From Octopus sinensis (Eukaryota), in NCBI RefSeq assembly GCF_006345805.1, contig NC_043010.1:44082001-44146000 (forward strand): DNA of 64,000 nucleotides. The letters run 5' to 3'. The notes beneath the pieces are model-generated. The model was not told the DNA's origin and searched no databases. It saw only the letters and a list, made by a program, of their open reading frames with translations. Made by a program: the position numbers and the translations under genes. Shown one piece after another: positions 11,801 to 27,000 of this stretch (within the stretch, counting starts at the first letter, position 1; the number at the start of each line of letters is the position of its first letter).

Positions 11801-14800
11801 GTTCACAACTATAGAGCAGTAACAATCAATGTAGGTATGTAGGGTTAAAGGCATTTCAGTTGTAACTATCCCCTCTTTTGGCACATTTAAGACTATATTG
11901 TCTAGTATGTTCTTCTAAGACAATAAGATGCAATTTCAGGCAGATTTGGCTCCTATATCTAGCAAATCATGTGGCTACATAGAAGCTCCCTCTTTGTTTT
12001 CACCATTCTGGGGCTTAATAAAATAAGTACTTGTCATGTACTTATTACTATTCAGTTAAAATCAATCTGGTGGCATTTGGCTTATAGTAAGTTCAAGTAA
12101 TCCTTATTATTCTGATTCTCTAGGCCTGCTAGGACAAGTAATGTACTGAACTAGAGGGCATTAAATAGTTCCATAACAAACTTTGAACCTTGGTCTATGA
12201 ATCAATACTTCCATACTTTCTTCATTATAAAATTATAATGAGAATGAGAAAGTGAAACAGAATCTGATGGAAAGATGGAATTAATATGATGAACACTTTG
12301 TTTAACTCACCAGAGAGCATCACTCCTCTTTCACCAACCAAAGTTTGAAAACCATCTGGAAAATACTTTATGAAGTTGTAAGCATTGGCTTTTTTTGCAG
12401 CTTCCTCAATGTCGGCCATTGGTACACTGGATGGATCTGGTCTACCATATGCAATGTTCTCGGCAATGGTACTGGAGAACAAAATTGGTTCCTGAAAAAA
12501 CAAAGAGTATTATGAAAATTGTACAATAAACAATGTAAATGTTCTTACATGATAGTGTCATGATTTTGTTCCTTTGCTGCTTTAGTTGGGAATGGTAAGA
12601 TCAAGGAAAAAGTGCTTAGTGCTTGGCTAGTGGTTGAAGTGTATTGCTGACTCCATGCAAATTAGTCAAGGTGAATTTTATTTTTTTGATGTAGTCAAAG
12701 ATGTTTATACGTGTAGCAGCACCATCCATATGTGTGAGCAGTATTCCACTGAGGGTTCTGCTTGAGCAGTACTGTGTTTCAGCAAATGTTGACAGCTGAA
12801 AGCCTTAAGTCAAGTTGGGAATATAAGATCATCAGTGACTGTGAGCCCTGGCATTTGTAATGACTTTGGTGGCTTTAGCTGAATATTGTCCATAATTAGA
12901 AAGGGTTGGGTAAAAGTTTGTTTCTTTGATAGTTCCATGCATGCATGTGAATGTGTGAAAGTCAATGAGAGAATCCCCAACATTCTATTTATTACCTGGT
13001 AACTGGAGATCATAATGATTTTGGCATTTCTAACAGTACCTGTCTGTTTATCAGTTCCAAACAGACTTCAAGCTTCAAGATAATGTTATGATATTTTGAC
13101 CTATGGCAAACGAAAATATTCTCCAGGTGTTGTTTCTGACACTTTGCAAGTCACAAAGACAACTCGTCTAGGTAAGCACCCTAATATGAAATCTGATTTA
13201 ATAGCAGTAACTAACACTTGTGATGTTTGTGTGGTTAGGAAGTTCATGAAGTTTGGCATCTTCATAGTCCTCATAGTATGAACGTTGTTGGCTAAGGTTC
13301 TATAATACTGCTGTGAGTGAAACTGGTTGATAGTAACTGAAGAAGCCTGTTGTGCACATGCGTGCATCCACATGCAGCTGTGTTTTGACTTCTTTTCTTT
13401 GCATGCTTAAATTCTTCAAACAAAACAATCCCACAATCAAATACAGGCAGTGTTGTATGCTTATAGTGAATCATGAAGGCACATCTTGGCTTCTTGACAT
13501 GTCCCATGATCTTTATAAACAAAGAGGCTCACAATGATGTCTGGGTTGTTTGTTTGATAGACAAGGGGATTATAACTATGTTTGGAAATAGGTGAGAGTT
13601 GGTGACAGGAAGGGCATCCAGCTGTAGAAAATCTATTTCAATGAATTCTGCCTTATCCATGTAAGCATGGTAATATGGGCATTAAAACAATGATGATATA
13701 CGGTTTTTTTCTCAAATCACTTAGTTAAATAGATATATAGATGAGAATGTTACACATTAAAATTACCTGACTAACGATTCCAAATTGTTGCCGAAGCCAG
13801 GACAGGTTTAGGCAGTTAATGTTTTGGTCATCCAACTTTATAGATCCTAGAAGAAATTATTATAATAATATTACAATTAAAGTTTAAAATTGTGAACAAA
13901 ATTCTCTGTAAGTATCTTTATTAATTAGTATAGACTGGAAAAGAGAAGAAAGAAACAACATACAGAGTTTTCTTTTTCAGACTTTCCAAGTTAGACTAAG
14001 AGATAAAAATAATTAGTTATAGCAACTATCAATTTTGTACAATTTGAATTGCTATAGACTGGTGAATACAGAAGATGTCAGTATGAAGGAAGATCCATGG
14101 AACACAATTTTGTAAGCAGAAAGAATGGAAATGAAGAAACAGTAAAATAAATTACTGTTAACGATTTTAACAACTCATGCTAGCATGGAAAAACAAACGT
14201 TAAAATGCTGATGATGATAACCATATGAACCCATCAATTTTCATCAAATTTCTGGTTTTGCAAAAAACATGATAGTTAATGTAGACCCAACCACTGCCAC
14301 ATGTAAGTAAATCTATACAAACATGTATATAATTGCTTGCAATCTATTTATATTTATATCATTGAAGGTGGTGAACTGGCAGAATTGTTAGCAAGTGGGC
14401 AGGTGATTTTAGGAGGGTAAGGGAGAACAATTCATTACTCATATGTGATAACTTTTGATATCAGCCAGTATTTCACCAGAACCTTTCATGTTAAAGAGTT
14501 CATATTTAAATTTAAACTTTCTGTTATAACTTTAAGCAAGAGCCTTTGAGTTTAAGTTATGTTCCAGACATGTAATCTTAAGAAAATTATTTTACGAAAT
14601 GTCTACAAATTTTCCATTATTTTCAAAATGAATCAAAAGATACTGTGTTTCATTTGATATATGTTTATAAAAGAGTGAAAAGTCAAGTAGTTAGACATAG
14701 GATGGACATCTAGCTGTAAAAAAATAATTACTCTTACAAAAATCTCTTCATTCCCGTTAGCTTGAATGTATGTGTGTGTACATAATTACCTGATTGGGGA

Positions 14801-17800
14801 TCATAAAATCTTAACAAAAGTGATCCAGTTGTTGATTTACCACAGCCACTATGACCAATTAAAGCTGTTATGGAGCCAGGATCCAAGGACAGACAGAGCT
14901 TGTTGAAAATATTGAGTTCTCGTCGGGTAGGGTAGTGGAAAACAATATCTTGAAATTCAATTTTACCTTCAGCTTTCTTTGATGGAACTAAACCACCTGT
15001 GTATTAGATAGAAATGAGAAGACTTATAGAGAGATTTTAAAACAAAAAGGTGGAAATTACAGGATGTTAAGATGTTTAGAACAGCATGGTTCTAAGTATG
15101 CAGACACATATAGGTAAGGGACGTTGTGACACAGTCGTTATTGCCCTGTCTATTTAGCATCACTGATCTGACACTTAACTTATTTGTCCTTGAGACTTTT
15201 TGCTCAATGAAAATTTTCTTTTTATTCTAGTAGATAATGAACTGGTAATCGGTTTTTAAACGGATACTCTTTTCTGAAGTGTAGGCCTCCACATCCATAA
15301 AATGGATTGGGACCTGGCATGCATTTTTGCTTGAACTTTCCAGGTCAACACATCTGTATATTTTTTTCATGTCCTGCTTCAGGTTTACCATTGTTTGACA
15401 TTCTTCTGCAATGGTCTGTAGGGTTAAGTCTTGGTTCGCTTGCTCCATTTTTGAGAGAATCCTTGCCAAATTTCTCTATCTTCGGTTACCATAATGCCTT
15501 GTATGAAGATAAGGGATTTAAACATATCCCAAGTGAGTTCCTGAAGTTTAAAGTTTTCACATATACGGTTGACTACTCTGGCGTATTTAATAAAGTCATC
15601 ATTGTCATTTTTTTGTAAGGTTCCAACATTCCATTTGAGTGTTAAATAACGAACTTTTGTCACAAAATATCTTTGAGAGAAATTCAATAGTTTCTTGGAA
15701 ACAAATCTCACTCAACATTTTGGGCAATATAAAGGTACAGTAGCGTTTACACTCAGCCGGAGCTACTTTGCATAGTAATATCCTTACTGTCTCCTCATAC
15801 GACCATGACTTGCAATCTTTGTTAAAAATGTCCTTGTACCTTCAATAGTATGCAGGAAACATAATACCCTCCTCTGAATTACAAGTGAATACAGAAATTG
15901 ACGTAAAAATGATGACCATGCCATCTGAAGTAAACGAACTTACAGAATTTTCAGACTTTCTTGGCTGTAACTCACTTAATTGTTGTTGTTCCTGTTGTTT
16001 CTCTTGAAGCTGTATTACTGCAGCTAATAGGTTCTCCATAATTTAACAATTTGTATGATGCACAAATTGTCAAATAACCTATGTTATATCCTTATGCCAC
16101 CAATATTGTACAGTTGATATTGTCAACGATACTCTTTTACTTGTTTCAGTCATTTGACTGTGGCCATGCTGGAGCACCGCCTTTAGTCGAGTAAATCGAC
16201 CCTAGGACTTATTCTTTATAAGCCTAGTACTTATTCTATTGGCCTTTGCTGAACCGCTAAGTTACGGGGACGTAAACACACCAGCATCAGTTGTCAAGCG
16301 ATGTTGGAGGGACAAACAGAGACACACAAACATATACGCACACACATATATACGACAGGCTTCTTTCAGTTTCCATCTACCAAATCCACTCACAAGGCTT
16401 CGGTCGACCCGAGGCTGTAATAGAAGACACTTGTCCAAGGTGCCACACGGTGGGACTGAACCTGGAACCATGTGGTTGGTAAGCAAGCTACTTACCACAC
16501 AGCTACTCCTATGCCTAGATAAAGAATATACTGTAACAGTGTTATAACAATACAAAATAGAAGCAGCAGCAGTAACAAACACGTAATGAACCAACAATCA
16601 ATATTTGCAACACACTAACTCGAACTGTACACTGTACATGGACTTCGAAGACCAAGCTATGAACTGCCAACTGTGTCAGATCGCTACTATTTATATGTAG
16701 TGGTCCTGTCTATTCTTGTTAGGGGGTGTTATACCTTTGCCACAACAATGAAATTACTAATACTAAATAAAACTTACCAGTGTGCTCAATGCTGGGTTGT
16801 CTATCCAAAAGTTCCCACACTCTTGTGCTGGCACCAATTCCTCGCATAAGTTCAGAGTAAAAAGTGGTGATACCTGAAACATTGAATTTATGTAACATTT
16901 ATATTTTTATCAAAGACACACATACATTGTTTAGTAAATATAAGATGATACAGTGTTGTTCAAAGGAAATTTGACTGCTGTTTCTAGCAACTTAAACACT
17001 CACCTAGAGGCTCCAATAGGTTGTTGCTCTTTTAGTTTTAAGTCAATCCTGAAGAAGCAGATCTATGATCATCAGATTTTTTAAGGGCATGAAAGATTAC
17101 TTTATCCAATATATGGATTCCTTTCCCAATACAATAAGGAATGGTTTGAAGGAATTGGTTGCTTTTTCTAACAGATTGGGTGATCACATAAAGGTTCCCT
17201 CATCAGTTCATTACAATGTAATACAATTCACTGATGTAAACAACAGCAGCCATCTGTTAACTTGAACTGCTAAGTTAAATTCTTCTACATGAAAAATTAG
17301 TTTCAAACTTTGGCACAAGGCCAGAAATCTCGGTTGGTGGGGTAGGGTGATGGGGCGGGATGTGGGTGGAATAAATTGATTACATCAATCCCAATGCTCA
17401 ACTAATACTTATTTCATTAACCCTGAAAGGACGAAAGTTGGCTTAAGTGGAATTTGAATTGAGAATGTAAAGATGGATAAAATAACGCCAAGCATTTTGC
17501 CCAGTGTGCTAATGATCCTGCCAACTTGCCGCCTTCTTCTACACGAAATATTAACTTAAAATATCCAAGAAGACATTTGTCTCTCTATTGATATTTACCT
17601 CTCTAATATCAGGGACACTAGATATGCATAGACTGCATATACTAAAAATGCTTTTGTGCATTTGCAGAGAATATTACCCTCAGCGGTGCTAGTGTTGGTA
17701 TATTTGTGAATAAGTCATTAACCGAAATAAGTGGATGTATTGTTTAGGAAAATGCTAATTACTTGTTTAAGCATTGTACTGGATAAATTGTGAAAATAAC

Positions 17801-18492
17801 TCAAATAATTCAAATACAAAGAAATAAGCATACTCAATTTGACTTATACGAAATAATTTACAAACCCAGCAAGCCAAAAAAAGGAGAAAGGGAAAAGCGT
17901 TGTGTACATTTAAAAAAATAGCAAAAAAAAAAGCAGCACTTTATTCGGTCAAGGCATCAATGTGACAAAATCAATTCCTTTAATCACACTCTAAATAATA
18001 ATGAGCACTACTGATCTGAGGTGATAGCAGAATGAATTTGATAAACTCCCCAAATGCATTAGCACATCAAGTGAAATAAGTACAACTTGGAACTGACAGT
18101 AGGTCACACTATTCATATATAATGTGGCCCTAGACAAATTAACAGTAATAATCCACTTACCTCCCATGGAAATTCCAACATAGACTGCATATACTAAAAA
18201 TGTATATAGTTCGCCAACAGTGAGCTGAGATTCAGTCATCATAATACCACCATAATAGAACACTGATAACACCACAAGGTTGCCTGAAAAGCCAGACTAA
18301 AAAGAAAAAAATTCAATTTCAGTTACATACATACATAAATATATATATATACATATATGTATGTATATATAATTATATATATATATAGGTATATATGTAT
18401 ATATAATTATACATATAGGTATATATGTATATATATATATGTATGTATATAATTATATATATAGTATATATATATAGGTATATATATATATA

Positions 18493-18534
<42 letters not shown>

Positions 18535-18556
18535 ATATAATATTATATATATATAT

Positions 18557-18608
<52 letters not shown>

Positions 18609-18626
18609 ATATAATTATATATATAG

Positions 18627-18661
<35 letters not shown>

Positions 18662-18672
18662 ATTATATATAT

Positions 18673-18711
<39 letters not shown>

Positions 18712-18720
18712 GTATATATA

Positions 18721-18763
<43 letters not shown>

Positions 18764-18796
18764 ATATGTATGTATATATAATTATATATATATAGG

Positions 18797-18827
<31 letters not shown>

Positions 18828-18995
18828 TATATATGTATGTATATATAATTATATATATAGGTATATATATATATATATATATGTATGTATTATATTATAT
18901 ATATAGGTTATATATATATATATATAATATATATATATATATATGTATGTATATATAATTATATCATATAGGTATGTATATATAATTATATATAT

Positions 18996-19051
<56 letters not shown>

Positions 19052-19079
19052 ATATAATTATATATATAGGTATATATAT

Positions 19080-19110
<31 letters not shown>

Positions 19111-19177
19111 ATATAATTATATATAGGTATATATTATATATATATGTATGTATATATTAATTATATATATAGGTATG

Positions 19178-19240
<63 letters not shown>

Positions 19241-20707
19241 TATTTATATATGTATATAGGTATATGTGTGTGTGTGTATATACTAGTAGCTAAGCCTGGT
19301 TTCACCCGGTCGGTTTGGATGATGTGGCTGTAAAACCTGCTCTGTGTAAGCAGATTCAACTAAATCAAAAAATAAATCCAAATACTAAGTGAACAAAGAT
19401 GAACCATCCTACTTCCATTGCGCACGCACAGGCACACACACACATATATTCACATAGAGTTGAAAAGGCGTACAATTTTCATCCTCCCACTACCAAGTAT
19501 GACATCACACCTTCCTTTCTCATTCATAAACACAAGAGTATTATTATAGTAGATTATCTCGGTAACCATGGGAGCTATGAAAAAATACAAAGCCCAGCAA
19601 TACCACCAGATCATTCTACATATTGGTTGGAATCATTTCATATCAAATTCTTGACTGGGAAGCCTCAAGACCCAAACACGTCCACTGTCTGAAAATAATG
19701 CAAATCTGGATTCATCTGAGAAAATCACTCTATCCCAAAATGAACTGGATTTTTCTAACATCTCCTTAGCCCATTTCTTTCTTTTCATGATATTAATTGG
19801 TTGAAGAAGAGGTTTTCTTCTAGCTGCTCGTCCTTAATACCCAAGCTTATGCAGATATGTAACACACGTTCTTGGACTAACTTCTAGCTGTTTTGCAGTG
19901 TCAGAAGCCTTCGAATGGGGTTTGTTTTCCACAATTCTCTTCAAACAGCGAAGCTTCCTTTGAGAGGGCCCAGGTCAGCTGGGATGAAAATCTGTTGATT
20001 CTTTTCCTTGGCTTTTAAATTGCACTATAATTCTATTAACAGTAGCAAGAGGAATTTGAAAATTTTCGGCAATTTTTCGCTGGCTAAGACCAAACTCAGA
20101 TTGCCCAACAATACAACCACTTTGAAAATCTGACAGTTCTGCTGAATTTTTTGTGTGTGCCATGGTTACTCTTTGCAAATGTTTAATATAATGGCACCTG
20201 GAAGGAAAAAGAATTACATTGTAAATTCTACACCACTGAAAACATTAAGATGCTTAGATCAGAAATTTTGAAAATTAAAGGTGTTTATTTATTTCCTGCA
20301 TGTCTGTGTATATCACAGCCGCATCCTTGTTACACGAGAAAAGCCATTGCCAAGAAGACTTACTGAAATGATTCATGATTATTGCCATGTGATGACCTTG
20401 TATGACTTAAGCCCAGCCAAGCTTTTACACATTTTATTAAATACTAAACAGCTGTGCTGGCTGGCAGGAGAAACAGGTGTCACCATATACACTCTCTTAA
20501 CATGTCTTTTTATACCTCCAACTGAGAGGCACACTCTTCCACGTTTTACACACGTTCTGTTATGAATTTTAATAGCTACATCTAACAAAGATTCTTCATA
20601 TTCTTTCGAATTTTAACATCTCATCTCCATTTTAAACATATTTGTTGAGTTTCTATGGGATACTTTTCCATAAATTCTCATAACACATTCTCATATCTAT
20701 CTATCTA

Positions 20708-20747
<40 letters not shown>

Positions 20748-20967
20748 ACCGCGTGTGTATCGTTGGCGATTTTCTTTCTCCGTCTTCCCTTCCTTAGACT
20801 TTTCCTTTTTCTATGTTTCTGATGAAGAGCTCCGCTCGAAATGTTAAATCCTTGTTTCTTTCCTTCCCTGAATGTCCAATAATACTATACTTGTTCCACG
20901 TCCTTGTGTTGTTATGTTTTCTCTTTGTTCATGTTTGGATTAACTATATATATATATACACACACAC

Positions 20968-21012
<45 letters not shown>

Positions 21013-24000
21013 TGATACAAATAAACACATTTGGGCTTGATATATAAAATATATATGCATTGATATACACATGTAAATATAGAGAGAAACAAAAACTGAA
21101 GATATTCAGAAAACAAACATGTGTAAAGGCATATAGACATTTATATATTTATATAGGGGTACAAAAAATACAGAAAACAAAGAGAGGGAATGGTATTTCA
21201 AGCCCAACATGTTTCTGAGGCTAAAATTTCTTGCATTTCAGCAATTTTAAAACAATCAATTACCTCCATTGACGTAAATAACATTCTGTGCATAATGAAT
21301 ATGTCCCTCCTTTAAGATACAGATTGGGTTTATTTACATTTGTGAAGAAAAAAGATACCCTTCCCCCACCCCTAACCCTAAATCTAAAATAGATTGAAAT
21401 GCAATAGATCGATACTAGGGTTATAATTATGGGTGACAATTTCATATGACACCGCTACGGAAAATGGGATTTTTTTCTAGCGGTGTCAAATGAAAATGTC
21501 ACCCATAATTATGGCCCTAGTATCGATCTATTGCATTTCAATCTATTTTAGATTTAGGGTTAGGGGTTGGGGAAGGGTATCTTTTTTCTTCACAAATGTA
21601 AATAAACCCAATCTGTTTCTTAAAGGAGGGACATATTCATTATGCACAGAATGTTATTTATGTCAATGGAGGTAATTGATTGGTTAAAATTGCCGAAATG
21701 CAAGAAATTTCAGACAAAATATCTTACAAACTATAGAATTTTCTCAATACAGCCAAGAGAAAATGATGTTTTATAAACACATTCTACCAGTATACGAAGT
21801 TTAAAACTTTTTAGTTACCTAGAAATTATGTTACAAAGTGCCGTTCAAAAGGAAAAGATCCGAATCTTGAGATTAGCCTTTAATACTTCATCTCATGTCT
21901 TCCTGGATCTCCCTCTTCCACAAGTTCCATCCACTTTAATTACTGAAGGTACTTACTAGTGGTTCAAATAATACTTCAAGAGAATTCAAGAGCAGAATGG
22001 GTGAAGTAAGTACATATGTATATGAGTGAACATATGAGAGAAAGTAGTACTCAAAGCATTTGATTGAGGTTGCATGTATGTAATAACAGTTTCACTCAGC
22101 TTCATTACATAAAGTTTTGTGGCAACAGGTCCATATCATCAAATGTTTAGATTAGATGAGTAGAAAGAATTTTTAAAAGTTTGAAATGTCTTCTAGATGA
22201 GAGTATTTAGGTCTGCGGTGGTCAGTTCAGCATATGTGTTTGTTTTGCTATCAGGGTTTCTGTGGTCCCAGAGTTTCCAGATAGGGAGGTGGAGGTTTTC
22301 TCTGTATTTACAAGCTGAAAAGGTGTGTATGCCTTCTCTTAAAGTCATCAGCTGTCAGGCCTGTGTAGTGTCCCATGATACCATTGGATGGTGTGAGTGT
22401 AGTTCTATAGACCACAGCTTTTGAGAGGTAGGATTTCTGACTGTTGGTAGGATTTCGACAATAACATGTTGGTGTGTGGGGATGAAGTCTGTGAAGGTAT
22501 GCGTTTGCATCTGTTATAGCATGCAATGTTATCTAAAGATGAATAGCTAACCATGACATTATGGGAATTAAAAAGTTTACAATATCTCTGAGTTCTAGGG
22601 AAATTAGCATCAGAAATCTCTTAGGCTATATTAGTAAAAGCTTTTAAATTGAATGGACGATTACCTGTGGGATGAAATACAAAGTTAATTTGAGTTCAGA
22701 AATAAGAGCAACAGGACCTCCGTAATGCTATGATGGACCGTGAAGTCTGGCGTAGCATAGTAAATTCCATTGTCTTGACCACGGTCGAACAATGATGATG
22801 ATGAAGAGGTACTGGATAATTATAATTTTTAAGCATCTAATCGACTATCAACTTTCTGTACTACATCAACAAACACCAAATTCAGAACACATGTTGGTTT
22901 CTTTTTTGACTAGACACATATTTTAGAAAGAAGAGAAAATCTTTCTAAATTGCATTGGTAGACATTAATGAAATGGCTACAATTAAAAGCTGAAACTATA
23001 TAATAGACACAGCTTGCTGAGAGCTTATTTCTTCACTATACACTTATTATTTTCCAATGCATACTGATACAGAACAACCCATGAAAAGGCAAAGAAAGTT
23101 TTACAAGGATACTCACAAAACCAAAGAATAAGGCTTTTGCTCGAGCCTCTCTCCTAAGGAGTGATAAAACACTTTCTAATTTGGAATTGAACAAATCAGT
23201 CTCTAGTTTTTCCTGTACAAACGACTGTACAGTACGTATATTATTGAAGCGTTCGTTGGCCACCTGAGATAAGAAATAAAAGAAAGGATAAAGATAAGGG
23301 AGACATAATATATATATATATATATACATACATGATGATCATAAATGTTTCGGTTTTCTGGGTGGGGAATAATAAGTTCATGTAAATAAATAAATAAATT
23401 GTTAGGATGGTGACTGCTTCAGAATAAAAATGGATCAAAAAGTGACTCTTTTTCATTGGGAGTGAAGGAGTAGCTTTTATTGAACTTAATTTCAGCATAC
23501 TATTTTAACTTTGAAGACACTCATTCTAGTAGATAGTGTGCTATTTTTTGTAGTGTAAAGCAGTTGAGACATATCCATAAAACAGGTATTTTTGTTCAAC
23601 ATTGTTAGTTAAAACAAAACAGTTGTTACTTGTATAATGCCCTCTTGCTTACAGATTTAAACTGTGCCTCCCCATGAAAGGACTATTTATGTGAACCGGT
23701 TTGTTCCTGGATTCTCAAGCAGGAACTGAAACCTCAGCCTAAATGTTTCAGCTAGCTTCTTTCCTTTGTTCTTTTGAAATGCACTTAAAGATTTATGAGT
23801 GTCAACTGTCAACTTCCTGACCTTCTTGTGTCAAACTCTGTTCAACCTAGACAACCCATGAAAAATTCATTGTTCTTCTGATCTATTTTAGCAAGAAATT
23901 ATTATAAATACAGAACACTAAATAGAATTTTCCCTCTTTTTTGACCTGACACTTTGGCAGAGGTACTTCCTTGCCTTATGTCTTCAGTGCTGTTAAAGAG

Positions 24001-27000
24001 AGAACACTTCTCTCTCTTACACTTTTTACTAATAGCTGTCACAGAGGTAACATGTTTCTTCTACTTTCCTTTACCTTTGGCCATGTAGTACTAAACTATG
24101 ATGATCACAGTTACCTACACGATGGACTACAATTTTCATATATTAACAGCTTGAAGTAGTCGGGTATATTGTAACAGCAAAAATAAAAGCCGATTTAACT
24201 GCTATTTCTCATTACTTATTCTAATCACCACTGCATCTACACCCCAGCATCTATTACATTCTGGTGACCCAACATCTACAATCTATCCAACAAACTCTCA
24301 AATTTTGGTGAGTTGATGTGATATCGATTACATACGAGCTGAATATGATGCGCAATTGTGTTTTTGTTAGAGGTATAGCACAAGAGGCAGAACCAAGATA
24401 ATATCACAAGAGTAGTTTTAATTCTGTTCAAAGTGAAAATAGAGTAAAATAGCATTTTTCCTTTATGCTCTTATGTCCAATAATTATACAGAAGGAAATT
24501 GGTGGGAATTTGTGGAGGTAACATTTTTCCTTTGTCTGTATATAGTGTGATTAGAAATTAATACTCTAGAAATGTCCTGAAAACCTCTCTTGATAGCTAG
24601 AACCTAATATAGCTAAGATCATGATACTGCTTTCTTGAATATTATTTTCAAAGGACGGTGTAAAATATTTGGTTTAATGCCCTTACTGTGTTTGTCATGA
24701 AATCCAAACTTAAATGTACTGAAAAATAAGTAAATAAAACAAATGGATTCTCTCTCAGTTTTGTTGAGTATTCCACTTATTCAGTGTATCAGCATATATG
24801 TGGCTGAGAATTTTAGACGCATGTATCTTTGATATAGTCTTCATGAAGAATAAGTTTGACAAAGCCAACTCTTCGAATTATAAGTACAGTTATTCCAACA
24901 GAGTATTCATCTCCTCAGTTACACTCACAAGGCTTGGGTTGACCTAAGGCTATGGTTGAAAATACTGAAACAAGATGTCATGTAATGGGATCAAACCCGG
25001 GACCTCATGGTTTATTAACTACTTGCCCATATCCCTCCCCACTTCATCTGTCTAAGAAAAAAAAAAATGGTCAGGCACTTAAAATTAAGGAACTAAACTG
25101 AAGGTAAAAATTTCATAACTTATCAGTGGTTTTGTGCTCTAAATGAGAATGTCTACCGAGCACTGGCATTTAATTCTGGTTTATGTTAATAAACAGTTGA
25201 AAAATGAAAATTTCATCTGGACTGTAACACACTTATACAAACACTCACTTTCTTATAAATATAAATACATACAAACAGGGTGCAAAAGGCATTTGTGAAC
25301 AAAATCTAGGATGCCATAAATGGAAGATGACCTCACATAATGATTGGCAGTATACATTAAATTTTAACATTTTCGTTTCTCTTTCAAAAGTAACAACAAG
25401 AGCAATAAAACAAATTCCAATCTAGCATAGAAAATTAAAAAAAAGGTATACCGTGTGTGTGACCCTAGCCACCAACCACAGTAACCCAGAAACTGCCAGT
25501 TTTCTGAATGTGGCTGGATTCTTTGGGTTAAAGTTTGGGAAAGAGTTGAAAGCCTCTGGTAGGACATATCCATGACCAAGAAACATTCTCAGTAGTCAGA
25601 TGTCATCAGAGTGACTCTGTTTGTCCAATAGGTCCAGGACATTGTTAGCAACAACCCCAGTACATCTATTCATGATGGTGAAGTCAACTATCAGATAAGC
25701 AGTGCAGAAGGACATTGGACATAAGTCCTATGTGATGATGGGAGAGCAATTCATGTTCAGCAAGACCTGAGTGAACCATGTGATCTTGTGACTCCCAACT
25801 TTCATTTGGCCTCCTAGTTCTCCTGATTTGAATATCCTCTACTAGTGTGTCTGTAGCATTAATAGGTGGCAAAGTACAATGTAAAGGAATTGTCAGGGGC
25901 TGTTGTAGTGAAAGTGGTACGCAGTCACTTCTATGGTCACATTAAAATTGTCAATGGGGCCATAGGCAGTTTTTTGAAATGACTTGTTTCTTGGACATAT
26001 CTAGTTAAATGTGTACAGAAGGAAATTGGTGAGAATTTGTGGAGTTTTTTTCCTTTGTCTTCTATGAGTGTATTGTTTTTTTTCTATTTGATGTATTTGC
26101 TTTTCCTCATGTTTTTTCACCCCACAAATGCTCAGTGTACTAATAAGGCAACATTAGTATTCTACTTACATTGCTGCTGTTTGCCAGTGAAGTTTGTACA
26201 TCAGTTGTAATTTTTTTTACATAGCGACCATAGACAATTGCCACCATGGCAATAGGTGGCACTACCAGCATGGATGCTAGAGACAGCTGAGGGGAAACAT
26301 AAACCTGTAAAAGGAAATTATTATGTATGTATTAGAATTACCATTGTTAACACTGGAGTAGATGATGTGAAAAAGGGGAGGACAAAGATTACGTCATTGA
26401 TGATAGGCTATTTAGGTACAGGTTAAAAGGAAGTTGAAACATAATTGAGGAGGATAATTAAGGTGTTGAAAGTGTTTGATGAAACATGTAAACAGATGTA
26501 GAAGACTGTGTTATTTGAGAGATATTGTTCATAATTGTTCAGAGACGGGAATGTCCTAATTTAAATATATGAAGCCCATTGGGGTGTGAAATTTACCAAA
26601 TTAATAATAATTATAGTGAACTTTTCAATGGTTACATTGACCCCAGTGTTTAACTGGTACTTATTTAATCGGCCCCCAAAATGATAAAAGGCAAGGTTGA
26701 CCTCAGCGAAATTTGAACTCAGAATGTAAGGACGGACTAAATGCAGCTAAGCATTTTGGCTGGCATGCTAAGGATTCTGCCAGCTAGTGATGACTTCTTT
26801 TCTTTTGACTAAGTACAAGTATAATTAATGATGATTTAATCACTTAAGTTTAGTCAATAAATTAACGGCACATAAACTTGTGACACTCAAGAGATGCAAA
26901 GCAGAGTAAGCCTCTGCAAGAATTCTCTTCACAACTGTGTGTGATAGTAAAATTCAGATATTAAATCATTGAGGCACTGATAAAAATTTTCTCATGTAAC

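Noticed and set aside
21370-21565. CCCTAA/TTAGGG as an interstitial telomere or fusion site
   Set aside because: Only two units per arm, embedded within a dispersed repeat.
21260-21675. Twin near-identical 61-aa ORFs on opposite strands, suggesting a duplicated small gene
   Set aside because: They are just the two arms of the inverted repeat; no splice or protein-family evidence.
26297-26316. Similarity of the ABCB10 exon 4 acceptor region to the 25-bp repeat at 4886/5740
   Set aside because: Only about 14 nt of identity in AT-rich DNA; compatible with chance.
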